From Methanobacteriota archaeon (GTDB lineage: Archaea; Altiarchaeota; Altiarchaeia; IMC4; SCGC-AAA252-I15): a DNA stretch of 49,208 nt. The notes beneath the pieces were generated by a model. It was given only the letters and a program-made list of their open reading frames with translations. It had not been told where the DNA came from and made no database searches. Positions 17,058 through 26,327 of this stretch are shown here, piece by piece. A program made the translations under genes and the position numbers. The stretch covers positions 1-49,208 of the forward strand of contig JBDRAY010000057.1 in assembly GCA_043823295.1 (NCBI GenBank). The letters run 5' to 3'. Each line of letters opens with the position of its first letter. Position 1 is the stretch's first letter.

Positions 17058-17399
17058 ATGATGCCAGGTGGTATGAACCCGAAACAGATGAAGAAGATGA
17101 TGAAGCGGATGGGCGTTAAGATGGACGAAATCGACGCCGAAGAAGTAGTGATCCGCTGCGTCGACAAGGAGATCAGGATAACCTCCCCACAAGTCGTAAA
17201 GACGATAGTATCAGGCCAGGAAATGTTTCAGATTTCCGGCGACGTCTCAGAGGAAGAAGGAGACGTTTCAATAGAAATCGAAGACGACGACGTAACCATG
17301 GTCGCAGAACAAGCAGGCGTCAGCGATGAGAAAGCACGAACAGCCCTTGAAAACGCGGGAGGCGACCTTGCCGAAGCCATCATGGAGCTTAAAAAATAA
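17058..17399 (+). CDS. nac: nascent polypeptide-associated complex protein (NAC domain plus UBA)
   Basis: MNPKQMKKMMKRMG, a NAC beta-barrel segment, and the C-terminal UBA-like VAEQAGVSDEKARTALENAGGDLAEAIMEL. Confidence 0.85.
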   Translation: MMPGGMNPKQMKKMMKRMGVKMDEIDAEEVVIRCVDKEIRITSPQVVKTIVSGQEMFQISGDVSEEEGDVSIEIEDDDVTMVAEQAGVSDEKARTALENAGGDLAEAIMELKK

Positions 17400-17402
17400 T
17401 TT

Positions 17403-18263
17403 TTACAAAACGGGAGTAACATACACTTCCACGAACGCTGCGAAGATAAGTATTACTACCGCCATAACTAGAGTGTCAAAAGAGTCCACTACTATATGCT
17501 TGAACTTCCGAGTGTTGTAGTCGTGGTTAACAACTGCGAAGGAGATGATTCCTCCAGCCACCGCCCCCAGAAAGTACGCTGCAACCTCAAACACTCCGTG
17601 CACCATGTAGGAAAAGCTGACTGTGAAGGAGCCCAAGTAATTGTAGAGGAATTCCGAGTTAAGGGTTCCGGCGTAAGTTTTAAGGGTTGATCGCATTACG
17701 CTTCCAACTGCGACTCCGATGACTGATGCATTCCAAGTGTGTATGAATATTGCCCCTCCCCCATAGAGGAACGAGAATATTATGCAGAATGCAAGCACCT
17801 GCAGGTTATTTAATAGTATTGGCGTGAATCTTCCGCCGCTTGAAGTCGCAAAGGCGGTGAGTGCGATGTCTTGCCCTGTAATGTCTCTGATGGTGTTTAT
17901 CTGTGTGTGAAATACTTCCTTCACCGTGTCGGAGGGAAGTATTGTGAACCAGAACGCGTAGGATATTAAAAGCCCCATAAACAGGTACATGAAAAGGGAG
18001 AGTATTGGACCGTGTTCTTTTATCAAAAATTTTTTCTCGTACTTCGTCTTTTCCTCCTCAAGCCTTAAGGCCTTGTTTACGATGACCACTAAGGGCAGGG
18101 TCGTCAAGAAGATCTGGGGTATTGAAGACTGTCCCTTGAAAATCCAAAGGGAAACGAATATTCCGACAGTAGAGTATAGAAAACCCACCAAAAGCATGTC
18201 TTTAGGGGTTTTCTCCTCCTTCTCAGGATTTATGATAGACTCGAGCACCATAACGTAATTCAT
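17403..18263 (-). CDS. SpoIIM-like (DUF95) integral membrane protein
   Basis: Multiple TM helices, with NNLQV...GGGAIF...WNASVIG and HGVFEVAAYFLG blocks resembling the stage II sporulation protein M family. Confidence 0.6.
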   Translation of the reverse strand: MNYVMVLESIINPEKEEKTPKDMLLVGFLYSTVGIFVSLWIFKGQSSIPQIFLTTLPLVVIVNKALRLEEEKTKYEKKFLIKEHGPILSLFMYLFMGLLISYAFWFTILPSDTVKEVFHTQINTIRDITGQDIALTAFATSSGGRFTPILLNNLQVLAFCIIFSFLYGGGAIFIHTWNASVIGVAVGSVMRSTLKTYAGTLNSEFLYNYLGSFTVSFSYMVHGVFEVAAYFLGAVAGGIISFAVVNHDYNTRKFKHIVVDSFDTLVMAVVILIFAAFVEVYVTPVL

Positions 18264-18314
18264 TACAAAGGAATGTTTTTAAACTGTTAATGCCCTATAA
18301 TAAGGTAGGTTAGC

Positions 18315-19385
18315 ATGAATGCGAGGGGATTGGTGTGGGCTTTGATTTTGATGTTATCTTTAAACACGTGTAGTGGACAGACTACGACCATACTATCAAC
18401 TTCGACAATACCGTCTTCAACAACTATTTCCGTGACAACAATCCCCGAAACAACAACCATGCTCGGCACTACCACGGTCCAGGCAACGACTACGGTCCCT
18501 TCAACGACGATTCCGCAGAGCACGACCATGCCTTCGACAACGACTTACCCTTCCACGACGACAGTACCAGGGACGGGGACGACAACAGTACCCTCTACGA
18601 CAACAATCGGGACACAAACCTCGACTACAACGATTCAGACCGAAACAACGACCATCGCATCATCGACGACACTCCCTGCAACAACAACATTCCCTGCTGA
18701 AGTGGAGGAAAAACCCCGTCGAAGAGACTACATGCAGATTAAATACAACAGCAATTGCGTGAACCAGGAGATAAACATCACGGTAACTGACAAAGACGAT
18801 GAAGACCGCGTGGTAAGAGACGGCATAGTCATAGTATACTTCATGGACAGGGGAGCAGTAGTGGAAGAACTTACGACAGACGACGATGGAATCGCATCAT
18901 TCACACCAAAATTCGAGGGAGAATACAGGGTGGAAGTCAGGAAATCCTCGAGATACTACACCGAGAAAATAGAATTCGACGTTGAAAACTGCGGTGCAGG
19001 TTCATCTTCGTCTGGAATATCCTCGGAAACAGAAACAACCACGACTTCAGTTTACACTACTACTTCAACAGTAACTGCCACTACATCTTCAACGATAACA
19101 ACACCCAAAGAGACAACTAGCACTTCCACGACACCCAAGATTACGACATCCATCATTTCGAAAATCATTGAGACTACCTCAACACTTACCGAAGAAACTG
19201 AGAAGGACAAGTCCTCAATTGGTATTGTAGGTCGGTTCCTCACTGTCGCGGGCACTGCAAGCATATTCCTGGCTCTTTTAATACTGCTTCTAATGTTTGC
19301 AAACACAGCCCGGAAAAAAGTCGGAGTGAAAGAAGAAAAGAATCTTTGGGATAAGAAAGGAAAGACAAAGCTTGGAAACGTATAG
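18315..19385 (+). CDS. secreted Thr-rich surface protein with C-terminal membrane anchor
   Basis: Signal peptide (MNARGLVWALILMLSLNTCSG). It has two long Thr/Ser/Pro tracts, a ~110 aa globular middle part, a C-terminal TM helix and a basic tail. Confidence 0.7.
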   Translation: MNARGLVWALILMLSLNTCSGQTTTILSTSTIPSSTTISVTTIPETTTMLGTTTVQATTTVPSTTIPQSTTMPSTTTYPSTTTVPGTGTTTVPSTTTIGTQTSTTTIQTETTTIASSTTLPATTTFPAEVEEKPRRRDYMQIKYNSNCVNQEINITVTDKDDEDRVVRDGIVIVYFMDRGAVVEELTTDDDGIASFTPKFEGEYRVEVRKSSRYYTEKIEFDVENCGAGSSSSGISSETETTTTSVYTTTSTVTATTSSTITTPKETTSTSTTPKITTSIISKIIETTSTLTEETEKDKSSIGIVGRFLTVAGTASIFLALLILLLMFANTARKKVGVKEEKNLWDKKGKTKLGNV

Positions 19386-19394
19386 AAAAAATCC

Positions 19395-20678
19395 TCATAA
19401 TTTCTCGAATCCCGCCATAACGTCTAAAACAACCTGATCCTTTAACACGTCTCCTATGACTTGAAGGCCTGTTGGAATACCTTCGACAAAGCCAGCGGGG
19501 ACGACTCCCGCGGGAAGACCGGAAAGATTCGCTGGAACCGTGAACACGTCGTAAGCGTACATTACCATGGGATCAGTAATTTCAGAACCGAGTTTGTGGG
19601 GAAGCTTTGGGACTGTGGGTCCGACCAGGGCGTCCACTGATGCGAGCGCTTCAGACAATTCCTTCCGGATTAGGGAGCGTGCTTGAAGTGCTTTTCGATA
19701 GTATTTTCCGCTGTATTCCTTCTGGCTTATATAGCTTCCAAGAAGGATTCTCCGCAGTACTTCTTCTCCGCACACATCTTCGATTTTGTGGCCGTATCTG
19801 CGTCCGTCGTATTTCCGGGTTGCGGAATAGAATTCCACGTAAACGTTTAGGTAGTAGGTTGGGAGCGCAACTTTTAAGTTTGGAAGTGACACGTCCACTA
19901 TCTCGGCTCCGGCTGATGATAGCTTGTCAATGCTTTTTTCAATGACCTTACGAATTCCCGCATCCGAAATCAAGTCGTTGAATTCCTTGGCATATCCAAG
20001 TTTTCTGCCCGACAGATTGGGCTTAAGTTCCTTGTGGAATTGATAGAATTTTGGGTCGAGTTTGAGTGAAGTGGAATCTTTCGGATCATATCCTGAAACA
20101 GCCTCCAAAACCTTTGCGGCAGTTTCTACGTCGTTTGCGATGGGCCCTATCTGATCCAAGCTCATGGCCATGTCGATCAGACCGTAGCGGGAGACAACCC
20201 CGTAAGTCGGCTTAAAGCCGACTACTCCGCAGTGGGATGCGGGGTTTCGAATGCTTCCCCCAGTGTCAGAGCCGAGGGCGGCGTCCACGAAACCTGCAGC
20301 GACCGCAGCCGCTGGACCAGATGAGGAGCCGCCAGGTATGCGCCCTGGCGCTGCCGGATTCTGAGTCGGTCCGAAGAATGATGTTTCTCCGCTTGCACCG
20401 CACGCGAACTCGTCCATGTTCGCAAGCCCTACAAGAGTCGCCCCGGAAGACTTGAGTTTAGACACGACTGTCGCATCATAAGGGGCAATATAGTTTTCCA
20501 ATGTCTTCGACCCTGCGGGAGTCAGCAATCCTTCAACACACATGTTGGCTTTGACTGTTAGAGTAAGAGGGGATAACTCCCCCTTCTTTGATTTTGAACT
20601 CGCAACCAACCCCTCATCATCGAAGACTATTATCGAGTTTATCTTTTCATCCGCCTCTTTCAGTTCACTCAAATTCAT
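19395..20678 (-). CDS. gatA: aspartyl/glutamyl-tRNA amidotransferase subunit A (amidase signature enzyme)
   Basis: Amidase signature GGSSSGPAAAVAAG...GSDTGGSIRNPASHCGVVGFKPTYG. Confidence 0.85.
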   Translation of the reverse strand: MNLSELKEADEKINSIIVFDDEGLVASSKSKKGELSPLTLTVKANMCVEGLLTPAGSKTLENYIAPYDATVVSKLKSSGATLVGLANMDEFACGASGETSFFGPTQNPAAPGRIPGGSSSGPAAAVAAGFVDAALGSDTGGSIRNPASHCGVVGFKPTYGVVSRYGLIDMAMSLDQIGPIANDVETAAKVLEAVSGYDPKDSTSLKLDPKFYQFHKELKPNLSGRKLGYAKEFNDLISDAGIRKVIEKSIDKLSSAGAEIVDVSLPNLKVALPTYYLNVYVEFYSATRKYDGRRYGHKIEDVCGEEVLRRILLGSYISQKEYSGKYYRKALQARSLIRKELSEALASVDALVGPTVPKLPHKLGSEITDPMVMYAYDVFTVPANLSGLPAGVVPAGFVEGIPTGLQVIGDVLKDQVVLDVMAGFEKL

Positions 20679-22681
20679 CTCTTCCTCTCCTCTAATTCCA
20701 CTGCCTTGTTCATGTCTTCCTCAGCCTGCTCATCCAGACCCATGTCCGTCAAGGTCGCAGCCCGCTCCCGAAATAGTTTCGGTGAATCAGGTTTAATCTC
20801 AAGCGCCTTGTTGAGTTGGGCGAGAGATTGCTCTAAGTCGCCTTTACTCCTCAAAGCGATAGCCCATCTGATATAGGCTGAATAAAGTTTCGGATTCAGT
20901 GATACTGCATGAGAGTAGTTTTCTATTGCCTCTGCGAAATCACTTTTCAATGCGAAAACATCCCCCAGGCGGACGTAAGCTGAAGGTTTTTTCGGATCGG
21001 TTTTAACCGCCTTAAAATACTCTTTTAAGGCTTCATCACTTTTACCTTGTTCCTGCAATACAACACCTTTTTTCACGTATGCCTCGTAGAATGCCGGATC
21101 CTTTGCTAATGCCTGACTCAAATAGTCTAGTGCAGTAACATGGTTCTTCTTCTTCAAGTAAAGGATTCCGAGATTCAGAAGGGTTTTCGCGTAGTTCGGA
21201 TTTAATTCAAGCGATTTCATAAGGTTTTTCTCTGCCTCTTCTAGATTCCCCTTCTTGGTTTGGGCGACTCCAAGAGCTTCATAACCGTGATAAGATGAGG
21301 GGTCTGAGTCAACTGCTTTTTGGAATGCTTCCTCAGCCTTATCGAGCTTTCCGGCTTTGAATAATTGTTTTCCAAGTTCAATGTATTCTTCAGGTTTTGC
21401 ATGGGGGTCGCTAGGCTTTGTTCCTTGAGGTTTACCCGGAGCTTGAGGGGGCATTGATGGAACGGGAGGTAGTTTTGGAGTTCCTTGAACAGAAGGGGTG
21501 GTTGATTCCGGCTTTGAGGGAGCCGGAGGCTTTGGGATTGTGGGGATTGACTTTGGAGGTGCTTGAGCCGGACTAGGCGGTATTGGAGCAGGAGGAGCGG
21601 GCGGCTTCGAGGTCAAAGGAGCAGGAGCGCTCGGAGTCGGAGTATCTGGTGAGCTGGAAGAAGATGGTGGTGGAACTCTTTGTGTGGGTGCTTGCGTTGA
21701 CGGGGGAAATGGAGTTTTCGGGATTGTGGGAGTTTGCACTTCGCGTGATGTTGGTGTTTGGATTGGTTGCCTCCCTGTTGGGGGGCTGGTTGCGGGTGAA
21801 GTTGGTGGTATAGGTTGAGTTAAGGGGGGATATGTTTGGCTTGGGGGGGGTTGAAATCCAGGTTTCACGAGAGGTTTTGAAGCCACCGGAGGAGGCGTTG
21901 TAGAATGTGTTGAAGGTATGTGAGTGGGAGGCTGTTTCAGTGCATAACCTTGCTGTGCCGGTGGCGCATAAGGTTTCGCTCTATTTTGTGGGAAACCTCC
22001 CGCCTTACCCCCATCAACACTTAAATCAGACTTCACAGTCTTTACGAAAGCATTGTTTTCCTCTGAAGGATTCAATTCCAAAAGCTTGTTGGCAAAAGAC
22101 AGTGCTGAATTCGCATTACCGTTTCTAGAGTAAGCTAAAACAAGCTCGCGCACAGCCTCAGGGTAATCTGGTTTAAGATCAACCGCCCTCTTGTAATGGT
22201 CTATCGCACCCACAAAATCAGACAAGTCAAACAACGTGAAACCCAGCTCATAATGGGCTCTGGGATTGTCAGACTCCAACTCCAGTATCCTGTCAAACTG
22301 GTCTAGTGCCAAATCCAACTCACCCACCGACCGATATGAAATCCCCAACTCAAACAATGCGTTAACGTACTTGGAGTCAAGCTCTAATGCTATGGAATAC
22401 TCGTCTATGGCTCCGTCAAAGTCTTTCTTGTCGTACAAGACGTAGCCTAGACTAAAGTGTATTTCAGGGTTTTCTGGGTCGAGTTCAACGGCCCGGTTCA
22501 AGTTTTGAAGGCCGTTTTCGAAATCCCCCTTGTTGGCGTAAAGAGTCCCGAGATTACAGTACGCTAAGGCGTAATTTGGGTCGGCTTCAAGAGCACTTTT
22601 ATAGGATGCTGATGCTGCCTCAAGATCCCCGCTTTTATACTGTTCATTGCCAATTCTCACTAATTCTTCAGCATCAGCCAT
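20675..22681 (-). CDS. TPR-repeat protein with a ~200 aa proline-rich central linker
   Basis: N- and C-terminal blocks of canonical TPR units (A..Y..AL...P....A...LG..Y). The central P/T/S/A-rich low-complexity region is encoded at about 21388-22009. Confidence 0.85.
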   Translation of the reverse strand: MADAEELVRIGNEQYKSGDLEAASASYKSALEADPNYALAYCNLGTLYANKGDFENGLQNLNRAVELDPENPEIHFSLGYVLYDKKDFDGAIDEYSIALELDSKYVNALFELGISYRSVGELDLALDQFDRILELESDNPRAHYELGFTLFDLSDFVGAIDHYKRAVDLKPDYPEAVRELVLAYSRNGNANSALSFANKLLELNPSEENNAFVKTVKSDLSVDGGKAGGFPQNRAKPYAPPAQQGYALKQPPTHIPSTHSTTPPPVASKPLVKPGFQPPPSQTYPPLTQPIPPTSPATSPPTGRQPIQTPTSREVQTPTIPKTPFPPSTQAPTQRVPPPSSSSSPDTPTPSAPAPLTSKPPAPPAPIPPSPAQAPPKSIPTIPKPPAPSKPESTTPSVQGTPKLPPVPSMPPQAPGKPQGTKPSDPHAKPEEYIELGKQLFKAGKLDKAEEAFQKAVDSDPSSYHGYEALGVAQTKKGNLEEAEKNLMKSLELNPNYAKTLLNLGILYLKKKNHVTALDYLSQALAKDPAFYEAYVKKGVVLQEQGKSDEALKEYFKAVKTDPKKPSAYVRLGDVFALKSDFAEAIENYSHAVSLNPKLYSAYIRWAIALRSKGDLEQSLAQLNKALEIKPDSPKLFRERAATLTDMGLDEQAEEDMNKAVELEERKR

Positions 22682-23267
22682 AGTCTCCCACCAAGTCGAG
22701 GAAATTTCTTATGATCACTTTTCCGTCAAGAGTGAGTATTGATTCAGGGTGGAATTGAAGGCCGAAAATCGGATGTTTCTTATGCCTCAACCCCATGATT
22801 TCACCGTCATCCAAACTTTTCGCGGAAACCTCAAGGCAGTCTGGAAGACTCTTGCCGTCAACCACGAGAGAGTGGTAGCGTGTAGCCTCAAGAGGTGTTG
22901 GAATCCCTTTGAACAATCCTTTACCGTCGTGCTCTATCCTGCTAACCTTGCCGTGTCTGAGCGTTTTCGCCGGCCTGATCTCGCCTCCGAACACGTGGCC
23001 TATGCACTGGTGGCCGAGGCAGACTCCGAGCAAGGGAATCTTGGGTCCGAATTCAGAGATTACTTTGTTGGAGACTCCAGCCTCCTTGGGAGTCTTGGGG
23101 CCGGGAGATATTATGATCGCTGAGATGTCGTCTTTATCAACCGACTCTTCCACGACTTTGAAGTCAACAGTATTCTGAAAAACTAGGGGATTGGCCCCCT
23201 GTTCGCCCACATACTGTACTAGATTATAGACAAACGAGTCGATGTTGTCGATGACAAGGACATTCAT
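22674..23267 (-). CDS. glutamine amidotransferase component of anthranilate/aminodeoxychorismate synthase (TrpG/PabA type)
   Basis: MNVLVIDNIDSFVYNLVQY, GVCLGHQ (catalytic Cys) and GLQFHPES (His/Glu). The ATG at 23267 is preferred over the upstream extension in the ORF track. Confidence 0.85.
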   Translation of the reverse strand: MNVLVIDNIDSFVYNLVQYVGEQGANPLVFQNTVDFKVVEESVDKDDISAIIISPGPKTPKEAGVSNKVISEFGPKIPLLGVCLGHQCIGHVFGGEIRPAKTLRHGKVSRIEHDGKGLFKGIPTPLEATRYHSLVVDGKSLPDCLEVSAKSLDDGEIMGLRHKKHPIFGLQFHPESILTLDGKVIIRNFLDLVGDYG

Positions 23268-23347
23268 GGTAGATGAATAGAATTCAGCGCTTAAATCTTT
23301 TAGAAAAAAATATTTATTCACCAGAAAGCCCAATAAGTATACAGGAA

Positions 23348-24256
23348 ATGGTTTTAAAGGAAGAGAAACCAGTCGGGAAATCATGTAAAGTATTTCAGGA
23401 TTTTCGGAGCTCGCGAATATTTGAGAGAGACATCCTGAGATTTTACCAGGAGAGGGGATTACAGATACCTGAGACTCTCACAGCTCAGGGCGAACCTCTT
23501 CCATGCCATTTTGAGGTTTCAACGAACGCGATTTGGGGTGAAAAATACCAGTGCAACGCTTTTCTAGAGCAAGGATTCAATCAGCTGGGGCGCACCTGGC
23601 TTGAAATTTATGAAACTGAGCGAGGCCTTCTCATCGAGAACGCCCAGACAAAGCCATACATTATGGATTCACCCCACAGGAGATTCTACAACAGAGTGCT
23701 CGACAGCTTCATAGGAGAGCGCGTCTGCCTTGATCTTTTAAAGTGCGTGGCAGAAGACCGCGACCTATTTATCCTCGCCCCCCACGAAGTGAGGAAGATG
23801 TTCGGGAAAAAGTCATACTATGGTTTGTGGAATTCCAATTTTTGGAAGCACGTAAGAGGTGAGCACCCTGACGAATTCACAGGATTGCTCGCCCGCGCCC
23901 TCTACGAGGACCCAGGCCAAGACCAGAGCATGCTAACGGGTTATGCGCTACTAACCGGGGAGGAGATTGCGGCTGCGCATGCTATTAGGGATGCGTCAGG
24001 CTATTCCCCAGGGGGAAGACTCCTCTCCAGAGTGCAGGATGAATTCTTAGGCACACTCACAGCCAAAAAACCGTTGGGTGTCCGCCGCTCACGCAGATAC
24101 TACAGAGAGATTCCGATGCAGCACGGATTCAAACCAGAATACCATGTAGACTTCGGCGGAAATCAAACCTTCGACGTACTACACTACAATCCAGCCGAAG
24201 ACCCCAACCAGACCACCCAAGGATTCAGAAGACTGTTGCACACACTAAAATATTAA
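23348..24256 (+). CDS. hypothetical protein (~302 aa), no recognisable motif
   Basis: Long ORF with composition typical of the window. I prefer the ATG at 23348, which leaves an 80-bp AT-rich divergent promoter region. The ORF track starts at 23273. Confidence 0.55.
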   Translation: MVLKEEKPVGKSCKVFQDFRSSRIFERDILRFYQERGLQIPETLTAQGEPLPCHFEVSTNAIWGEKYQCNAFLEQGFNQLGRTWLEIYETERGLLIENAQTKPYIMDSPHRRFYNRVLDSFIGERVCLDLLKCVAEDRDLFILAPHEVRKMFGKKSYYGLWNSNFWKHVRGEHPDEFTGLLARALYEDPGQDQSMLTGYALLTGEEIAAAHAIRDASGYSPGGRLLSRVQDEFLGTLTAKKPLGVRRSRRYYREIPMQHGFKPEYHVDFGGNQTFDVLHYNPAEDPNQTTQGFRRLLHTLKY

Positions 24257-24311
24257 TATATTCTCTCTCCCGCCTATCGCGACCATGAAGCTTATTGAGT
24301 GATACTTAGAG

Positions 24312-25148
24312 TTAAACGCTTTTTTTAGGGATTAGTTTGTAAGGCGGCCTATCCCTCTCTTTTTCATATTCTATCTCCACTAGATTTCCCGCGCGAGCCA
24401 GGTCGAGCAATTGGTCAAGACCTGTGAGATTACCCTCAAGGTTGACACCCGCCCCGGATTTATTAGGTGGGTAATAAAGCGCACTCATATCACCAGAGCC
24501 TATTGCATTAATGTGTCTCACACTTCTTACCGTCGCCTTCCTCTCTTCGGGGGGAGGATCATCGATAAGTACATTCATCCAGAGGATTACGCGAGAGTTC
24601 TCAATTAACCCTTTCTCTTGCAGTTGTTCAACCGCAGTCTCCTGACCTTCGGGTACAAAGACGATTTCAAAAGGATGCCCAATTCTTTCAGCCTGCTCGA
24701 CGAAGGATATCGTTTCCTCGGGTGTGGATGAGAAGTCTAGCATGTGTGATAAATATTTCGTGCAAAAGCATCCGCTAAACGTATCGACGAAACCCATTCT
24801 GATCCCCCCCTGGTGTCCCGGACAAAGGATTCTCAAATTAAAGCAGTCTATCCCCTCGCCCGCGCACTTGTACTTCCAGAAGGGATGACCAGGGCGTGAA
24901 TACTCTTCCTGGATTTTATCATCGGCCTTAATTCTCCTGTCAACGTATCTTGAAAGCGCGCCAAGATCGTCAACACTCATACGGCCTCCGTCCACAAGAG
25001 ACCTACCAGTTACAACCTCCCGCTGAAGCACCTCATGCGCTTTCGCTAGAACCTCAGCCCTCCGTGCAATCTCCTCTGAAACTCTCTGCAAGCGAGACTC
25101 CTCCCGCTTATCAGAACCTCCCTGCGCATTCTGGGAAACACGAGGCAT
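24312..25148 (-). CDS. hypothetical protein (278 aa) with N-terminal coiled-coil-like region and a Cys/His cluster
   Basis: Long ORF. Cluster: KYKCAGEGIDCFNLRILCPGHQGG...SGCFC. No family recognised. Confidence 0.55.
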   Translation of the reverse strand: MPRVSQNAQGGSDKREESRLQRVSEEIARRAEVLAKAHEVLQREVVTGRSLVDGGRMSVDDLGALSRYVDRRIKADDKIQEEYSRPGHPFWKYKCAGEGIDCFNLRILCPGHQGGIRMGFVDTFSGCFCTKYLSHMLDFSSTPEETISFVEQAERIGHPFEIVFVPEGQETAVEQLQEKGLIENSRVILWMNVLIDDPPPEERKATVRSVRHINAIGSGDMSALYYPPNKSGAGVNLEGNLTGLDQLLDLARAGNLVEIEYEKERDRPPYKLIPKKSV

Positions 25149-25232
25149 ATTAATTTTTATACTAGATGAAGAAAAACGTTAATTACCGCGTATTAAACGC
25201 TTAAATGCCCGTTTTTCTAATTTATTAGTGGT

Positions 25233-25802
25233 ATGGATTACGTCAAGCTTGTGATTTTTCTGGGTGTTCTTTTAATGTTGTTTGGAGTTTCAAAGATGGG
25301 GCTCGATTATTTTGTCAATGCGACTTCCACGACTTCAACATCCACGACAACTACTTCAACGACTACTACTAGCTCGACTACGACTTCTACAACCACGACC
25401 ACCACTTCAACTTCAACGACTTCCTTTAGGGTAATCTATTCTACGACGCTTTGGGGTGACTGCTATGACGGCCTTAGAAATCAGAATGAATTGGGAATTG
25501 ATTGTGGTGGCGAATGCAAGCCTTGTGAAGTGAGATGTACCGAGGATTCTGATTGCGGTAAACCCCACGAAGACGAGACAGTCTGCATAAACAACAGCAT
25601 ATACAGGCCTTACATAGCATACACTTGCACGTCACCGTGGATGGTGAATGCCTCATGCAATTTGAACAAGAGATTCATCTTTGTAGACAGGTGTAATTCC
25701 CAAGAAATTTGTGTTAAGACAAACTTCTGCCCTGGAGACCATTGTGTCGAAGCAAGATGTTTAATTTGGCCTTACGAGGCATGCAAGTGGATTAAATGCT
25801 AG
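25233..25802 (+). CDS. secreted protein with Thr/Ser stalk and Cys-rich C-terminal domain
   Basis: N-terminal signal/anchor helix, a ~40 aa T/S run, then about 18 cysteines including GIDCGGECKPC. Confidence 0.65.
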   Translation: MDYVKLVIFLGVLLMLFGVSKMGLDYFVNATSTTSTSTTTTSTTTTSSTTTSTTTTTTSTSTTSFRVIYSTTLWGDCYDGLRNQNELGIDCGGECKPCEVRCTEDSDCGKPHEDETVCINNSIYRPYIAYTCTSPWMVNASCNLNKRFIFVDRCNSQEICVKTNFCPGDHCVEARCLIWPYEACKWIKC

Positions 25803-25808
25803 GAAGAC

Positions 25809-26327
25809 ATGATAGCGATCAAACCATCGAAAAAACAGGGATTCGGATACGTTCTAATCATAACAATCATACTGCTGCTTTTATACTTCAATAGACAAGT
25901 CATAGAAAGCCCGACAAACTTAAGCATCGGACTTCTCGCCTTAATCCTCGTATACTTTTCGGGAATACTGGCATTTTTTGTGGGCATCCTATTCTCAGTC
26001 TATACCGGTTTAGTAAGCCTGCCCGTCATCTCCGCAATCTACGCGTTCATAGCCTACTCCCTAGCAAGGATTCACTACATGATAGCGACTTTTGTCGTGA
26101 AAAAATTCCTGAAAAGAACAAAATGGTATAGGGAAACCAAAATCAAGATAAAAAATTCTTGGTGGTACAAGCTTTTCCAAAAAAACTTCAACAGGATAAC
26201 CCGGAGGCTAGGACTTGCCGAACCCCACATGTACAGGGTTTATGAAGTAGTCGACTGTAAATCATGCGAAAGGAAAATCCCAAAAGAATCCAAGTATTGT
26301 CCAATATGCGGGAAAACACAAACCTAA
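25809..26327 (+). CDS. membrane protein with C-terminal zinc-ribbon
   Basis: Three or four TM helices, a basic linker, and the C-terminal CKSCERKIPKESKYCPICG (CxxC-x10-CxxC). It starts 7 nt after the previous gene. Confidence 0.6.
   Translation: MIAIKPSKKQGFGYVLIITIILLLLYFNRQVIESPTNLSIGLLALILVYFSGILAFFVGILFSVYTGLVSLPVISAIYAFIAYSLARIHYMIATFVVKKFLKRTKWYRETKIKIKNSWWYKLFQKNFNRITRRLGLAEPHMYRVYEVVDCKSCERKIPKESKYCPICGKTQT

Noticed and set aside
18378-18690. Repetitive ACN-rich DNA considered as a tandem-repeat or CRISPR-like array
   Set aside because: The repeats are irregular and lie in-frame within a signal-peptide-containing ORF. They encode a Thr-rich low-complexity tract, and there is no repeat-spacer periodicity.
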